Assembly (NCBI GenBank): GCA_964384675.1
Contig: CAYLNK010000004.1
Location: 1-62,318 of the forward strand
From: an uncultured Holophagales bacterium
Lineage (GTDB): Bacteria; Acidobacteriota; Thermoanaerobaculia; UBA5066
DNA: 62,318 bases
Reading direction: 5' to 3'
Part shown: one piece after another, positions 26,981-35,874 of the stretch
Layout: the number at the start of each line of letters is the position of its first letter
Position numbering within the stretch: position 1 is the stretch's first letter
The notes under the pieces: generated by a model
The model's database searches: none
Seen by the model: the letters and a program-made list of their open reading frames with translations, nothing else
Told to the model about the DNA's origin: nothing
Position numbers and translations under genes: made by a program

Positions 26981-27988
26981 ATGCTCGGCAACGTCCTGCT
27001 CCTGGCCCTCTCTCTGAACGGTGAACCCTCGACCGCACCAGCGGCCGCGCCGGCGGCTCCCGAGGCGGCCGGACGCGAGTGCACGCGTCTCTTCTACGCC
27101 GGCGCGCTGGATACCCTCTGGGCCCGCTTCACGCCGGAGATGAAGGCCGCGCTCAAGAGCGTGGAGAACCTGAAGTCGTTCCGCGACGGCGTCAGCGCCC
27201 AGCTCGGTGTGGAGACCTCGGTTGTGAGCGAGAAGATGGACGAGGTCTCCGGCTGGTCGGTGTACGTCCGTCGCGCGCGCTTCGAGAAGGCTCCGGTGGA
27301 GGTCGCCGTGCAGTGGAGCCTCGATGCGAAGGGGGCCATCGGCGGCTTCTTCATCCGGCCCGCGGACCCGCCGAAGGAGGCGCTGACGAAGCACCTCGCG
27401 TACCAGACGAAGACCTCTCTGCGGCTGCCGTTCACGGGCGAGTGGTTCGTGTTCTGGGGCGGCCGGACGGTGGCCGAGAACTACCACGCGGCGACCGTCG
27501 ACCAGCGCTTCGCGTACGACCTCGTCGTGATGAAGGGCGGGAAGACGCACCCCGAGGGGAAGGCCGCGAACGAGGACCACTACGCGTACGGCCAGCCGAT
27601 CCTCGCGCCGGCCGGCGGGACCGTGACGGTCGCGGTGGACGGCATCGCGGACAACGTCCCGGGAGTCATGAACGCGTCGGCGCCGCCCGGCAATCACGTC
27701 GTCCTCGACCACGGGAACGGTGAGTTCTCGCTCCTGGCGCACTTCAAGCCCGGGACGCTGAAGGTGAAGAAGGGGGATCGCGTGGAGTCGGGCCAGGTCC
27801 TGGGGCTCTGCGGCAACAGCGGGAACTCGAGCGAGCCGCACCTCCACTACCACCTGCAGAACGGGCCGGCCTTCCACGAGGGCGAGGGGCTGCCGGCCCC
27901 GTTCGTCGACTACGAGGCGGACGGCAAGCCGGTGTCGCGCGGCGAGCCGGTGAAGGGACAGACGATCCGGCCCGCCGCGAAGAAGTAG
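26981..27988 (+). CDS. M23 family metallopeptidase with N-terminal DUF3887-like domain
   Basis: Strong SD AGGAGG before ATG 26981; signal peptide; PILAPAGGTV, GNHVVLDHGNGEFSLLAH, CGNSGNSSEPHLHYH. Confidence 0.88.
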   Translation: MLGNVLLLALSLNGEPSTAPAAAPAAPEAAGRECTRLFYAGALDTLWARFTPEMKAALKSVENLKSFRDGVSAQLGVETSVVSEKMDEVSGWSVYVRRARFEKAPVEVAVQWSLDAKGAIGGFFIRPADPPKEALTKHLAYQTKTSLRLPFTGEWFVFWGGRTVAENYHAATVDQRFAYDLVVMKGGKTHPEGKAANEDHYAYGQPILAPAGGTVTVAVDGIADNVPGVMNASAPPGNHVVLDHGNGEFSLLAHFKPGTLKVKKGDRVESGQVLGLCGNSGNSSEPHLHYHLQNGPAFHEGEGLPAPFVDYEADGKPVSRGEPVKGQTIRPAAKK

Positions 27989-27993
27989 GCCGG

Positions 27994-29322
27994 TCAGGCG
28001 GCCGCGCGCGCGAGGTCGGCGAGCGCCGCCTTCTCGTCCGCGTAGAGGTCGAGGACGCGCGCCGAGAGCGACTCGCGGAGCGCCGCCGCCGCGCCGGCCG
28101 AGAGGGGGAACTCCTCCGTGGGCGCCTTGCCGAGTCCGTCGAGGCCTTTCCAGGCCTCACGGACCTCCTCGGTCGCGGAGGCGCCGCCGGCATGGAAGAG
28201 CTCGGCCTTCCGCTCCAGCCGCTCCCGCGTCGCTCGGAGCGCCGGGACGTCGTCGGGGAGCGCCGCCCTCGCCACCTCGGTCCAGCGGCGTCCGAGGTCG
28301 GCGTACCGCTTCCCGAGCGCCCGGAGGCGCGCGTCGCCGAGGACGTCCGCCGCCTCGTCGAGGAACTCCGCCATCAGCGGTCTCGCCAGCCCGCCGCCCG
28401 ACCAGCTCTCGGCGAACTCGTAGATCGACCAGAGGCCGCGCCACAGACGGGGGCCGGGCGGGAAGATCACGTCCCAGCCGTCCTTCCCCTTCCCGCCGCG
28501 GAGGCTCTCGCCCCAGATCCGGAACGCCTCGATCGTGCAGTTTTTCATCCGGCCGTTCGCGAGGCCGTCGGCGCACGCCGCGAGACCGGACTTCACGGCC
28601 GCCTTCACGTCGACGGCGCCGCCGCGCGCCGGTAGCCAGAGGACGCGGCTCCTGTCCTTCTTGATCCGTGCCCGCGCGGCGTCGAGGTCCGCGAGCGGCA
28701 CGGGGATCGGCTCGTCGGCGAGGTCGCCCACCAGGGCCGCCGCGCCGTCGACGCGGTAGACGGTGAGGAGGTGGTAGCCGCCCCCCTGCCAGTAGGCGGG
28801 CAGGCCGCGGTACGGGAGCGTCGCCATGTCGACCCAGGCGATCGCGGGGCCCGCGGCGGTGGCTTCCGCGAGCGCCTTCGACGCGGCCGCCTTGCCGCCC
28901 GACTCCTTGACGGTCGGCGTGACGCCGAAGCGGGCGCACGCCTCCTTCAGCCAGGCGAGGTCGTCGTACCAGAGGTGCCGTCCCGCCACGAAGAAGCTGG
29001 AGAAGTCGGCCGCCTGGTAGTTGAAGGCGAAGCTCCCCGCGCCGACGCCGCCGCCGATGCCGAAGACCATCGCCTCGGTGAACGGCTCCTTCGTGTGCGG
29101 CGCCACGACGCCGGCGTGGGCGAGGAGGATGCGGAGCGCGGTCGCGATCGGATTGCTGCCGGGGAAGTGGACGAGGGAAGTGCCGGCCGGGCTCGCGGCG
29201 ACGACGGGTCTCGCGGACGCCGGCGAGGCGCCGACGACGTGGCGCCGAGCGGTGGCGTAGCTCTCCCCGGTCTTGGCCATGCGGGCGCGGACCCGCTCCT
29301 TCAGGTGCTTCTGTGTGGTCAT
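27994..29322 (-). CDS. BtrH N-terminal/DUF4872-like protein with N-terminal MTTQKHLKERVRARMAKTGESY motif
   Basis: EAMVFGIGGGVGAG, IAWVDMATLPY, GYHLLTVY, SGGGLARPLMAEFLDEAA resemble the BtrH_N/DUF4872 family. SD AAGGAG upstream. Confidence 0.7.
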   Translation of the reverse strand: MTTQKHLKERVRARMAKTGESYATARRHVVGASPASARPVVAASPAGTSLVHFPGSNPIATALRILLAHAGVVAPHTKEPFTEAMVFGIGGGVGAGSFAFNYQAADFSSFFVAGRHLWYDDLAWLKEACARFGVTPTVKESGGKAAASKALAEATAAGPAIAWVDMATLPYRGLPAYWQGGGYHLLTVYRVDGAAALVGDLADEPIPVPLADLDAARARIKKDRSRVLWLPARGGAVDVKAAVKSGLAACADGLANGRMKNCTIEAFRIWGESLRGGKGKDGWDVIFPPGPRLWRGLWSIYEFAESWSGGGLARPLMAEFLDEAADVLGDARLRALGKRYADLGRRWTEVARAALPDDVPALRATRERLERKAELFHAGGASATEEVREAWKGLDGLGKAPTEEFPLSAGAAAALRESLSARVLDLYADEKAALADLARAAA

Positions 29323-29450
29323 GGGCCTCGGGCTCCTTTTTCGAATCGGCACGGAGAGCGACCGGAGCCTGCGCCTCCACGCTCCCCGCCGGTCGAAAAA
29401 GCGCGACCCACGGTCCTCGAGGAAAGGATCCCCTTTGCCCCCGCTGGCCG
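29323..29450 (-). promoter_or_regulatory. Structured 5' leader (candidate cis-regulatory RNA) of the BtrH-like gene
   Basis: Long hairpin 29336-29401 whose basal stem overlaps the SD; alternative pairing 29359-29365/29389-29395; further hairpins at 29405-29415 and 29423-29436. Confidence 0.55.
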
Positions 29451-29577
29451 GGCCGCGCAGGGGCCCGATCGGGGGTGAGGCGGGAGGCGCCGCCAGGAGC
29501 AGATCGTGTCGCAGCGGGACGTCGCGCGTCAAGAGACGGCCCGGCCAGGGACCCGTCGCAAGCGCTACGCTCCCGCC

Positions 29578-31257
29578 ATGTCCGTCTACGACCTCGCCCC
29601 CGTGCGCCTGCCACGCCTCGCCGGCTCCACGTTCGCCCTCTTCGTGCGCCTCCTCGAGACGGCCTTTCCGGGGCGCCTCCTGGTGGGCAAGACGCTCTCC
29701 GACATGGGTGTCCCGGCGCTCCGGAGTCTCGTCGTCGACGAGCCGCCCTCGTTCCTGCCGGCGTGGCCGGCGCCTCCGGCGGCCGGGCCGGAGCCCCCGC
29801 CGTCGCTTCCGCCGTGGGGCGAGGGGACGCGGGCCGGATTCCTGGCCCCGTCCGCCGAGGACTTCGTCGAGGCGTACCGGAGCGGCCGCACCACGCCGGA
29901 GGCCGTCGCCGAGAGGGCGCTCACGGCGATCGTGGCGAGCGACCGGGCGGCACCGGCCCTCCGGGCGTTCGTCGCCGTCCGGCGTGACGACGTGATGACG
30001 CTGGCCCGCGCCTCGACCGCGCGCTGGAAGGAGGGGAGCCCGCTCGGCCCCCTCGACGGCGTTCCGGTCGGCGTGAAGGACGAGCTCGACGTGGCCGGCT
30101 ACCCGACCACGGTCGGGACGAGCTTTCTCGGCCGGGAGGTCTCGCGGGACGACGCCACGGCGGCGGCGCGCCTCCGGGCCGCGGGGGCGGTGATCCTGGG
30201 CAAGACCAACATGCACGAGATCGGGATCGGCGTGACGGGCTTCAACACGCCGCACGGCACGGCACGCAATCCGCACGCGCCGGGCCATTACACGGGCGGT
30301 AGCTCGAGCGGCTCGGCGGCCGCCGTGGCGGCGGGCCTCTGTCCCATCGCGGTGGGCGCGGACGCGGGCGGCTCCATCCGTATCCCCTCCACGCTCTGCG
30401 GCGTCGTGGGGCTCAAGCCGACGTTCGGGCGCGTCAGCGGGCGTGGCGCGGCCCCGCTCGCCTGGAGCCTCGATCACTACGGGCCGATCGCGGTCTGCGC
30501 CCGGGACGCCGCGCTCGCCTACGCGGCGATGGCCGGGGTCGACCCGGCGGATCCGCTCACGCGCGGGACGCCCCAGGTCTCGCTCGACGGGCTGGAGACG
30601 GGCGACCTCTCCGGTCTGACCCTCGGGATCTTCCGGCCCTGGTTCGACGACGCGGAGCCGGGTGTCGTACGCGTCTGCCGCGCGCTGGTCGACCGGCTGG
30701 CGGAGCGCGGCGCCCGCGTGGTCGAGGTGGAGCTCCCCGACCTCGGAGCCGCGCGCCTTTCGCACCTCGTCCTCGTGGCGGGCGAGATGGCGACCGCGAT
30801 GGAGCCGTACAGGGCCGGGCACGGGCGGGAGCTGGGGCTCGACGTGCGCGCGAATCTCGCGCTGGCCCGCGCCTTCACCGCGCGCGACTACGTCAAGGCT
30901 CAGCGCGTGAGGACGCGGGTGATGGAGCGCTTCCGGCGCGCTTTCGAGACGGTCGACGCGATCGTGACGCCCGGCACGGGAGTCGCCGCGCCGGCGATCC
31001 GGCCCGACGTCCTTCCACGCGGGGAGTCCGACCTGACGATGCTCCTCGCGATCATGCGTTTCGCGTTCCCGTCGAACCTCACCGGCCACCCGGCCATCGC
31101 GTTCCCGGCCGGGTACGCGGAGGGCGGGCTCCCGGTCGGCCTCCAGGCGATCGGCCGTCCCTGGCACGAGCACGTGCTGCTCCGGATCGCCCGCGTCGCC
31201 GAGACCCTCGTGGAGAGGCGGCGGCCGAAGGTCTTCCACGATCTGCTCGGCGGCTGA
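29578..31257 (+). CDS. Amidase-signature family enzyme (fatty-acid amide hydrolase-like)
   Basis: PLDGVPVGVKD (Lys), TGGSSSGSAAAVAAG, GADAGGSIRIPS (catalytic Ser). Confidence 0.93.
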   Translation: MSVYDLAPVRLPRLAGSTFALFVRLLETAFPGRLLVGKTLSDMGVPALRSLVVDEPPSFLPAWPAPPAAGPEPPPSLPPWGEGTRAGFLAPSAEDFVEAYRSGRTTPEAVAERALTAIVASDRAAPALRAFVAVRRDDVMTLARASTARWKEGSPLGPLDGVPVGVKDELDVAGYPTTVGTSFLGREVSRDDATAAARLRAAGAVILGKTNMHEIGIGVTGFNTPHGTARNPHAPGHYTGGSSSGSAAAVAAGLCPIAVGADAGGSIRIPSTLCGVVGLKPTFGRVSGRGAAPLAWSLDHYGPIAVCARDAALAYAAMAGVDPADPLTRGTPQVSLDGLETGDLSGLTLGIFRPWFDDAEPGVVRVCRALVDRLAERGARVVEVELPDLGAARLSHLVLVAGEMATAMEPYRAGHGRELGLDVRANLALARAFTARDYVKAQRVRTRVMERFRRAFETVDAIVTPGTGVAAPAIRPDVLPRGESDLTMLLAIMRFAFPSNLTGHPAIAFPAGYAEGGLPVGLQAIGRPWHEHVLLRIARVAETLVERRRPKVFHDLLGG

Positions 31258-31310
31258 ACGAACCCGGAACGGGGATTCGCGTGTACTGGAGAGGGAGACG
31301 AGGTGCCGCG

Positions 31311-33164
31311 ATGACGAGAGCCCTCCCGGCGGCGATGGCGATCTTCCTGGCGTTGCCCGGAGGCGCGCAGCCTGCGGATTGCCCCGCCGGGACTGCCCTC
31401 TCCGAGCGGCCAGAGGCGCGTCTCCTGGCGGCGCAGAGGGCGATCGATCTCCTCGCCGCCTCGCACCCGCGGGCCCCGCTCCTGGCGGGGATCCCTCCGG
31501 TGCGGCTCCGCAACGTCGTCGACGAGGAGGTCTTCGGGGCCCTCGCCGCCGCCGGCGTCGACCCCGCGCCGCCCAGCTCCGACGCCGAGTTCCTGCGGCG
31601 CGTGACGCTCGACCTGACGGGCCGCATCCCGGACATCGGTGCGACGACGGCGTTCCTCTCGGACGCCTCGCCGGACCGGCGGGCGCGGAAGATCGACGAG
31701 CTGATCGCCTCCGACGCGTTCGCCGACCGCTGGGCGTCCTTCCTGTCCGAGCTGTACCGGGTCACGGCGTACTCCACGACGTCGTTCATGGGATTCCGGT
31801 CGCGCAACGCCTGGCACGCCTACTTCAGAGACGCGCTCCGGAAGGGGACCGCGTACGACGAGATCGCCCGCACCGTCCTCACCGCGGCCGGCAGCAGCGG
31901 CGAGGTGGGACCGGCGAGCTTCGTCGTGAGGGAGATCGCGGCGAACGGGCCGCCTCAGGACACCTGGGACAACCTGGCGGCGGCCACCGGCCGCGCGCTC
32001 CTCGGCACGAACCTCTCCTGCCTCTCGTGCCACGACGGGGCGGGCCACACCGACCAGCTGAACGTCTGGCTCTCGGGGAAGACGCGCGCCGACTTCTGGG
32101 GGATGGCGGCGTTCTTCGCCAACACCTACGTGCGGGCGGAGTACGTCGAGGCGGAGAAGGAGTACCGCTGGGACGTCTTCGACGTCCCGTTCCTCCAGTA
32201 CCGCCTCGACACCACCGACGGCAACAAGTCGCCGCGGCGGCCGGGCCCCGACGGCTCGGCCGTGGTCTTCCCGCGGGAGATCCTCTCGGGCCAGGAGCCA
32301 CGCCCGTTCGAGGGGCGGCGCCAGGCGATCGCGCGCCTCGTCACGTCGCACCGGCAGTTCGCGCGCGCCACCGTGAACTACGTCTTTCGGGAGCTCTTCA
32401 ACCTCGGGCTCGTCGAGCCGGCGGACGGCTTCGACCTGGCACGGCTCGACCCGGCGAGCCCGCCGCCCGCGCCCTGGACCGTCCAGCCGACTCACCCCGC
32501 GCTCCTGGAACGGCTCGCGGTGGCGTTCGAGCGGAGCGGGTACGATCTGACGGCCCTGGTGCGCCTCCTCGTCTCGTCCAACGCGTACCAGCTCTCGTCG
32601 TCGTATCCGGGCGACTGGCGGCCGGCGTACGTGCCTCTCTTCGCGCGGCACATCCCCCGGCGCCTCCGGGCCGAGGAGCTGCACGACTCGATCTCGACGG
32701 CCACGCTGCTGCCCCTCCCGCTGTACGTCCGCGGCGCCCCGGAGCCCGTCCCGTGGGCGAGCCAGCTGCCGGACACGCTGGAGCCGATCGGCAGCGACCC
32801 GAGCGGCGTCTCGTACGTGGTGCGCGACTTCCTCGACGCGTTCGGGAGGGGCGACCGCGACCTCACGCCGCGACGCGGTGACGGCTCCCTGCTCCAGGCC
32901 CTCCACCTGATGAACGACCCGCTGGTGACGTTCCGGGTGCGCTCGGACGTGACCGGCTCGCTCGTCTTTCGCCTCCGCGCCGGCGTCCCGTTCGAGCGGC
33001 GGGTGGACGCCCTCTACCTCGCGACCCTCTCCCGCTTCCCGACGCCGGAGGAGCGGCTCGAGGGCTTCCGCATCCTCCTCGACCCGGGTCGCGGGGAAGC
33101 GCAGGCTCTCGAGGACCTCCAGCACGCGCTCCTGAACCAGCTCGAGTTCGTCTTCTGCCGCTGA
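31311..33164 (+). CDS. DUF1549/DUF1553 (PSCyt2/PSD1) protein with one heme c motif
   Basis: DAEFLRRVTLDLTGRIP, CLSCHD (CxxCH), FARATVNY, LQALHLMND. Confidence 0.9.
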   Translation: MTRALPAAMAIFLALPGGAQPADCPAGTALSERPEARLLAAQRAIDLLAASHPRAPLLAGIPPVRLRNVVDEEVFGALAAAGVDPAPPSSDAEFLRRVTLDLTGRIPDIGATTAFLSDASPDRRARKIDELIASDAFADRWASFLSELYRVTAYSTTSFMGFRSRNAWHAYFRDALRKGTAYDEIARTVLTAAGSSGEVGPASFVVREIAANGPPQDTWDNLAAATGRALLGTNLSCLSCHDGAGHTDQLNVWLSGKTRADFWGMAAFFANTYVRAEYVEAEKEYRWDVFDVPFLQYRLDTTDGNKSPRRPGPDGSAVVFPREILSGQEPRPFEGRRQAIARLVTSHRQFARATVNYVFRELFNLGLVEPADGFDLARLDPASPPPAPWTVQPTHPALLERLAVAFERSGYDLTALVRLLVSSNAYQLSSSYPGDWRPAYVPLFARHIPRRLRAEELHDSISTATLLPLPLYVRGAPEPVPWASQLPDTLEPIGSDPSGVSYVVRDFLDAFGRGDRDLTPRRGDGSLLQALHLMNDPLVTFRVRSDVTGSLVFRLRAGVPFERRVDALYLATLSRFPTPEERLEGFRILLDPGRGEAQALEDLQHALLNQLEFVFCR

Positions 33165-33208
33165 AGCGCCCCTTCGCGCGAGTCGCGCCAACGGATCGAG
33201 GTCCACGC

Positions 33209-34585
33209 ATGAACGGAACCGACCCCTTCACCGGCCCCGGCCTCTCCCGGCGCGGGTTCGCCCGTCTCGGCTCGTCCGCGCTCGTGGCGTCCTGGTATCT
33301 CGGGACCTTAGGGAACGCGTTCGGAGCGGCGGTCCGCGCCGGCGTGACGCCGCGCGGGACGGCGCGCAACGCGATCTTCGTCTCCCTCTCCGGCGCGCCG
33401 AGCCACGTCGACACGTTCGATCTGAAGGAAGGGGAATGGACGCCGCCCTCCTTCGCGCCGGCCCCGTACCTGGACGGCGCGCTGCGGTTCCCTCAGGGGC
33501 TTTTCCCGCGGATCGCCGGGCACGTCGGGGATCTCGCGTTCGTCCGCTCCTGCCGTTCGTGGGCGCTCGTGCACGGCCTCGCGCGGACCTGGGCCGAGAT
33601 CGCGCGGAGTCCGTCGAGCGCGCTCGGCGCCATCGCGCCGCACGTCGGCGCCGTGGTGGCGCTCGAGACCGAGGCGGCGCGCGTCCCGGAGCGCGACCTC
33701 CTGCCGGCCTTCGTGGCGCTCGGCGGGACGCCGCCCGCCGGGGCCGGCTACCTCCGCTCCACGAACGGGCCGTTCGTGCTCTCCCCGCGGCCCGGCGGCT
33801 TGCCGTTCCTGGCGCCGGACGGCGGCGAGGCGCGGTTCCGGAAAAGGTGGGACGACCGGACGGCGCTCGAACGAGCCGGCCGCGCGGGCGGTGCGGTGGT
33901 GCCCGGAGGCGTCTCGGAGTACACGGGCTTCTACGAGCAGGCGCGTGCGTTGATCGAGTCGCGGGAGGTCGGCGCGCTCTTCTCGTTCAGCGAGGACGAG
34001 CTGGTGCCGTTCGGGCGCACGGACCTCGGCGCGGCGTGCCTCGTCGCGGCTAAGCTCCTGGCGGGGCGGCGGGGGACGCGCTTCGTGCAGGTCACGCTCG
34101 ACGGCTGGGACCACCACACGTCGATCTACGCCCCGAGCGGGCTACCGGCCGTGGCGGCCACGCTCGACTCCGCGCTCGCCGCGCTGCTCGAGCGGCTCGC
34201 CGCGACCGCCGGCGAGGCGCCGGGGCGAACGCTCTTGGACGAGACTCTCGTCCTCGTCGCGGGCGAGTTCGGCCGGACGCCCGGCCCCCTGAACGGACAG
34301 GCGGGGCGCGACCACTTCCTGCGGCACACGGCGCTTCTGGCCGGAGGAGGCGTTCGCGGCGGACGGGTGATCGGGAGGACGGACGCGCTCGGCGACGGCC
34401 TCCTGGAGTCAGGCTGGAGCGCCGACCGCGACGTGCGCCCGGAGGACCTGGCCGCGACGCTCTACTCGGCGCTCGGCATCGACTGGACCACCGTGCGCAC
34501 GGACGATCCGCTCGGGCGCGGCTTCGAGTACGTGCCGTACGCGCGCGACGGCGTCTATCGCCCGCTCGACGAGCTCTGGGGGTAG
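33209..34585 (+). CDS. DUF1501 protein with Tat signal
   Basis: SRRGFARLG twin-Arg; LSGAPSHVDTFDLK, GWDHH, GEFGRTP..NG..GRDH, GGRVIGRTD. Usual partner of DUF1549/1553. Confidence 0.9.
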   Translation: MNGTDPFTGPGLSRRGFARLGSSALVASWYLGTLGNAFGAAVRAGVTPRGTARNAIFVSLSGAPSHVDTFDLKEGEWTPPSFAPAPYLDGALRFPQGLFPRIAGHVGDLAFVRSCRSWALVHGLARTWAEIARSPSSALGAIAPHVGAVVALETEAARVPERDLLPAFVALGGTPPAGAGYLRSTNGPFVLSPRPGGLPFLAPDGGEARFRKRWDDRTALERAGRAGGAVVPGGVSEYTGFYEQARALIESREVGALFSFSEDELVPFGRTDLGAACLVAAKLLAGRRGTRFVQVTLDGWDHHTSIYAPSGLPAVAATLDSALAALLERLAATAGEAPGRTLLDETLVLVAGEFGRTPGPLNGQAGRDHFLRHTALLAGGGVRGGRVIGRTDALGDGLLESGWSADRDVRPEDLAATLYSALGIDWTTVRTDDPLGRGFEYVPYARDGVYRPLDELWG

Positions 34586-34647
34586 AACGGACCGGTGGGC
34601 CTGCCCGGCGACGGCCAGGCTCCCGGCCCGCTTCCCGCGCTTCCCGG

Positions 34648-35169
34648 CTACATACCGGCGTCGTCCGCCGACGGACCGTAGATGGCCGGCACCGCGACGT
34701 CGTTCAGGCGGAGGTAGAGCCCGAGCTGCGCGCGGTGGTGGATCAGGTGGTTCATCACGAAGCTCCGGAGCACGGTGACGCGCGGCAGGGTGAAGTAGGT
34801 CTGCCCGTTTCCGAGGAGGGACCACGGCGCGAGCAGGTGCTCGTCGCTCGCTCCTTCCAGCGCGGCGCGCGCGGCCGCCACGCCCGTGTCGAGCTTCTCG
34901 AGAAGCTCCTTCACGGACGCCGCGGCGGAGTTCTTGATCGGCACGCCTCCCGGCGCCACGTCGAACGAGTCGCTCGTGATGGTCATCGTCCCCCAGCCGG
35001 GCACGTTGGCGACGTGCGTGGCGAGGTCGATCATGGAGAACGACTTCTCGTGCGGCTTCCACGTGAAGCGGTTTTCCGGGATCCGCTCCAGCGTCTTCCT
35101 CGTGCTGGCCATCTCCTGGTCGAGCTCCGGCAGGAGCGTGGCGGCGATGGAACCCGTGCTCTGGGACAT
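34648..35169 (-). CDS. DinB/YfiT-like metal-binding protein
   Basis: WKPHEKS..LATHVA ... NHLIHHRAQLGLYLRLNDVAVPAIYGPSAD; SD AAAGGAG. Confidence 0.9.
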   Translation of the reverse strand: MSQSTGSIAATLLPELDQEMASTRKTLERIPENRFTWKPHEKSFSMIDLATHVANVPGWGTMTITSDSFDVAPGGVPIKNSAAASVKELLEKLDTGVAAARAALEGASDEHLLAPWSLLGNGQTYFTLPRVTVLRSFVMNHLIHHRAQLGLYLRLNDVAVPAIYGPSADDAGM

Positions 35170-35190
35170 GGTGGCTCTCCTTTCTCGATG

Positions 35191-35211
35191 AAGCGTAAGT
35201 AAAGCGCAAGT
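35191..35211. promoter_or_regulatory. 11-bp-period direct repeat upstream of dinB-like gene
   Basis: AAGCGTAAGT (35191-35200) and AAGCGCAAGT (35202-35211) in an AT-rich patch. Confidence 0.4.
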
Positions 35212-35282
35212 CACCTGCGTGGGCAAGCGTTTTCTTCTTCGGGATGGCTGCCCGGGACGTGCTCGCGAGGCCGGCCGGCCGG

Positions 35283-35735
35283 TCAGGCCGGGAGCGCCCG
35301 GAACACGCCCTTCCACCAGCGGTGCACCCGGTGAATCGCCGGGCCCTTGCGGAGGAACATCAGGAGACACTCGCCCGAGATCGCCTCCATTCCGTGCTCG
35401 GCGCAGAAGCGCAGCGCCTTCTCCGAGGAGGAGCCCTGCTGCATGAAGACGCGCCGGATGCCGGCCGCGTGCGCCTCCTCGACGACCCGCTCCGTCTCGG
35501 CGGGCGGCACCACGGTCACCACGCCGCCGACGGGCTCGGGCAGCGCCGCGAGGCTCGGCGCGCAGCGCAGGCCCGCGATCGTCGCGGCCGTGGGGTGGAC
35601 GGGGGTCACGCGGTAGCCGTTGGCGAGGAGCTCCTTGAGGATCGTGTTCCCGAACTTCTTCCCGCTCCTCGAGACCCCGACGAGGGCCAGGGACGTCTGG
35701 GAGAGGAAGTCGTCGACCGACTGCTTCGTGGTCAT
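35283..35735 (-). CDS. CoA-binding protein (YccU-like)
   Basis: LALVGVSRSGKKFG..GYRVTPVHP..VVTVVPPAET..VFMQQG..GECLLMF; SD GGAGG. Confidence 0.88.
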   Translation of the reverse strand: MTTKQSVDDFLSQTSLALVGVSRSGKKFGNTILKELLANGYRVTPVHPTAATIAGLRCAPSLAALPEPVGGVVTVVPPAETERVVEEAHAAGIRRVFMQQGSSSEKALRFCAEHGMEAISGECLLMFLRKGPAIHRVHRWWKGVFRALPA

Positions 35736-35874
35736 GGGGGCCTCCGGATTCCACGATGCGCCGGGCCGGCGCCGCGCGCCTGATTCAGGTTGGGGATTGC
35801 CATCCCCGCCGCCCGGCCCGCGGACCGGCGGCGGAGGACCTTCGGGGGACCCAGGAAGCCGGTGAAGGCCCGCT

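Noticed and set aside
31256-31270. GAAC-N7-GAAC (reverse complement of the GTTC-N7-GTTC LexA box described for Acidobacterium and Alphaproteobacteria) upstream of the DUF1549 gene
   Set aside because: Only 8 specified bases, so roughly one chance hit is expected in a window this size; the downstream genes have no SOS link and the LexA motif of this lineage is unknown.
35779-35836. Cluster of small inverted repeats (CCTGA/TCAGG, GGGGAT/ATCCCC, CCGCCG..CGGCGG)
   Set aside because: Short stems, most simply a terminator or promoter of flanking genes; no conserved-RNA evidence.
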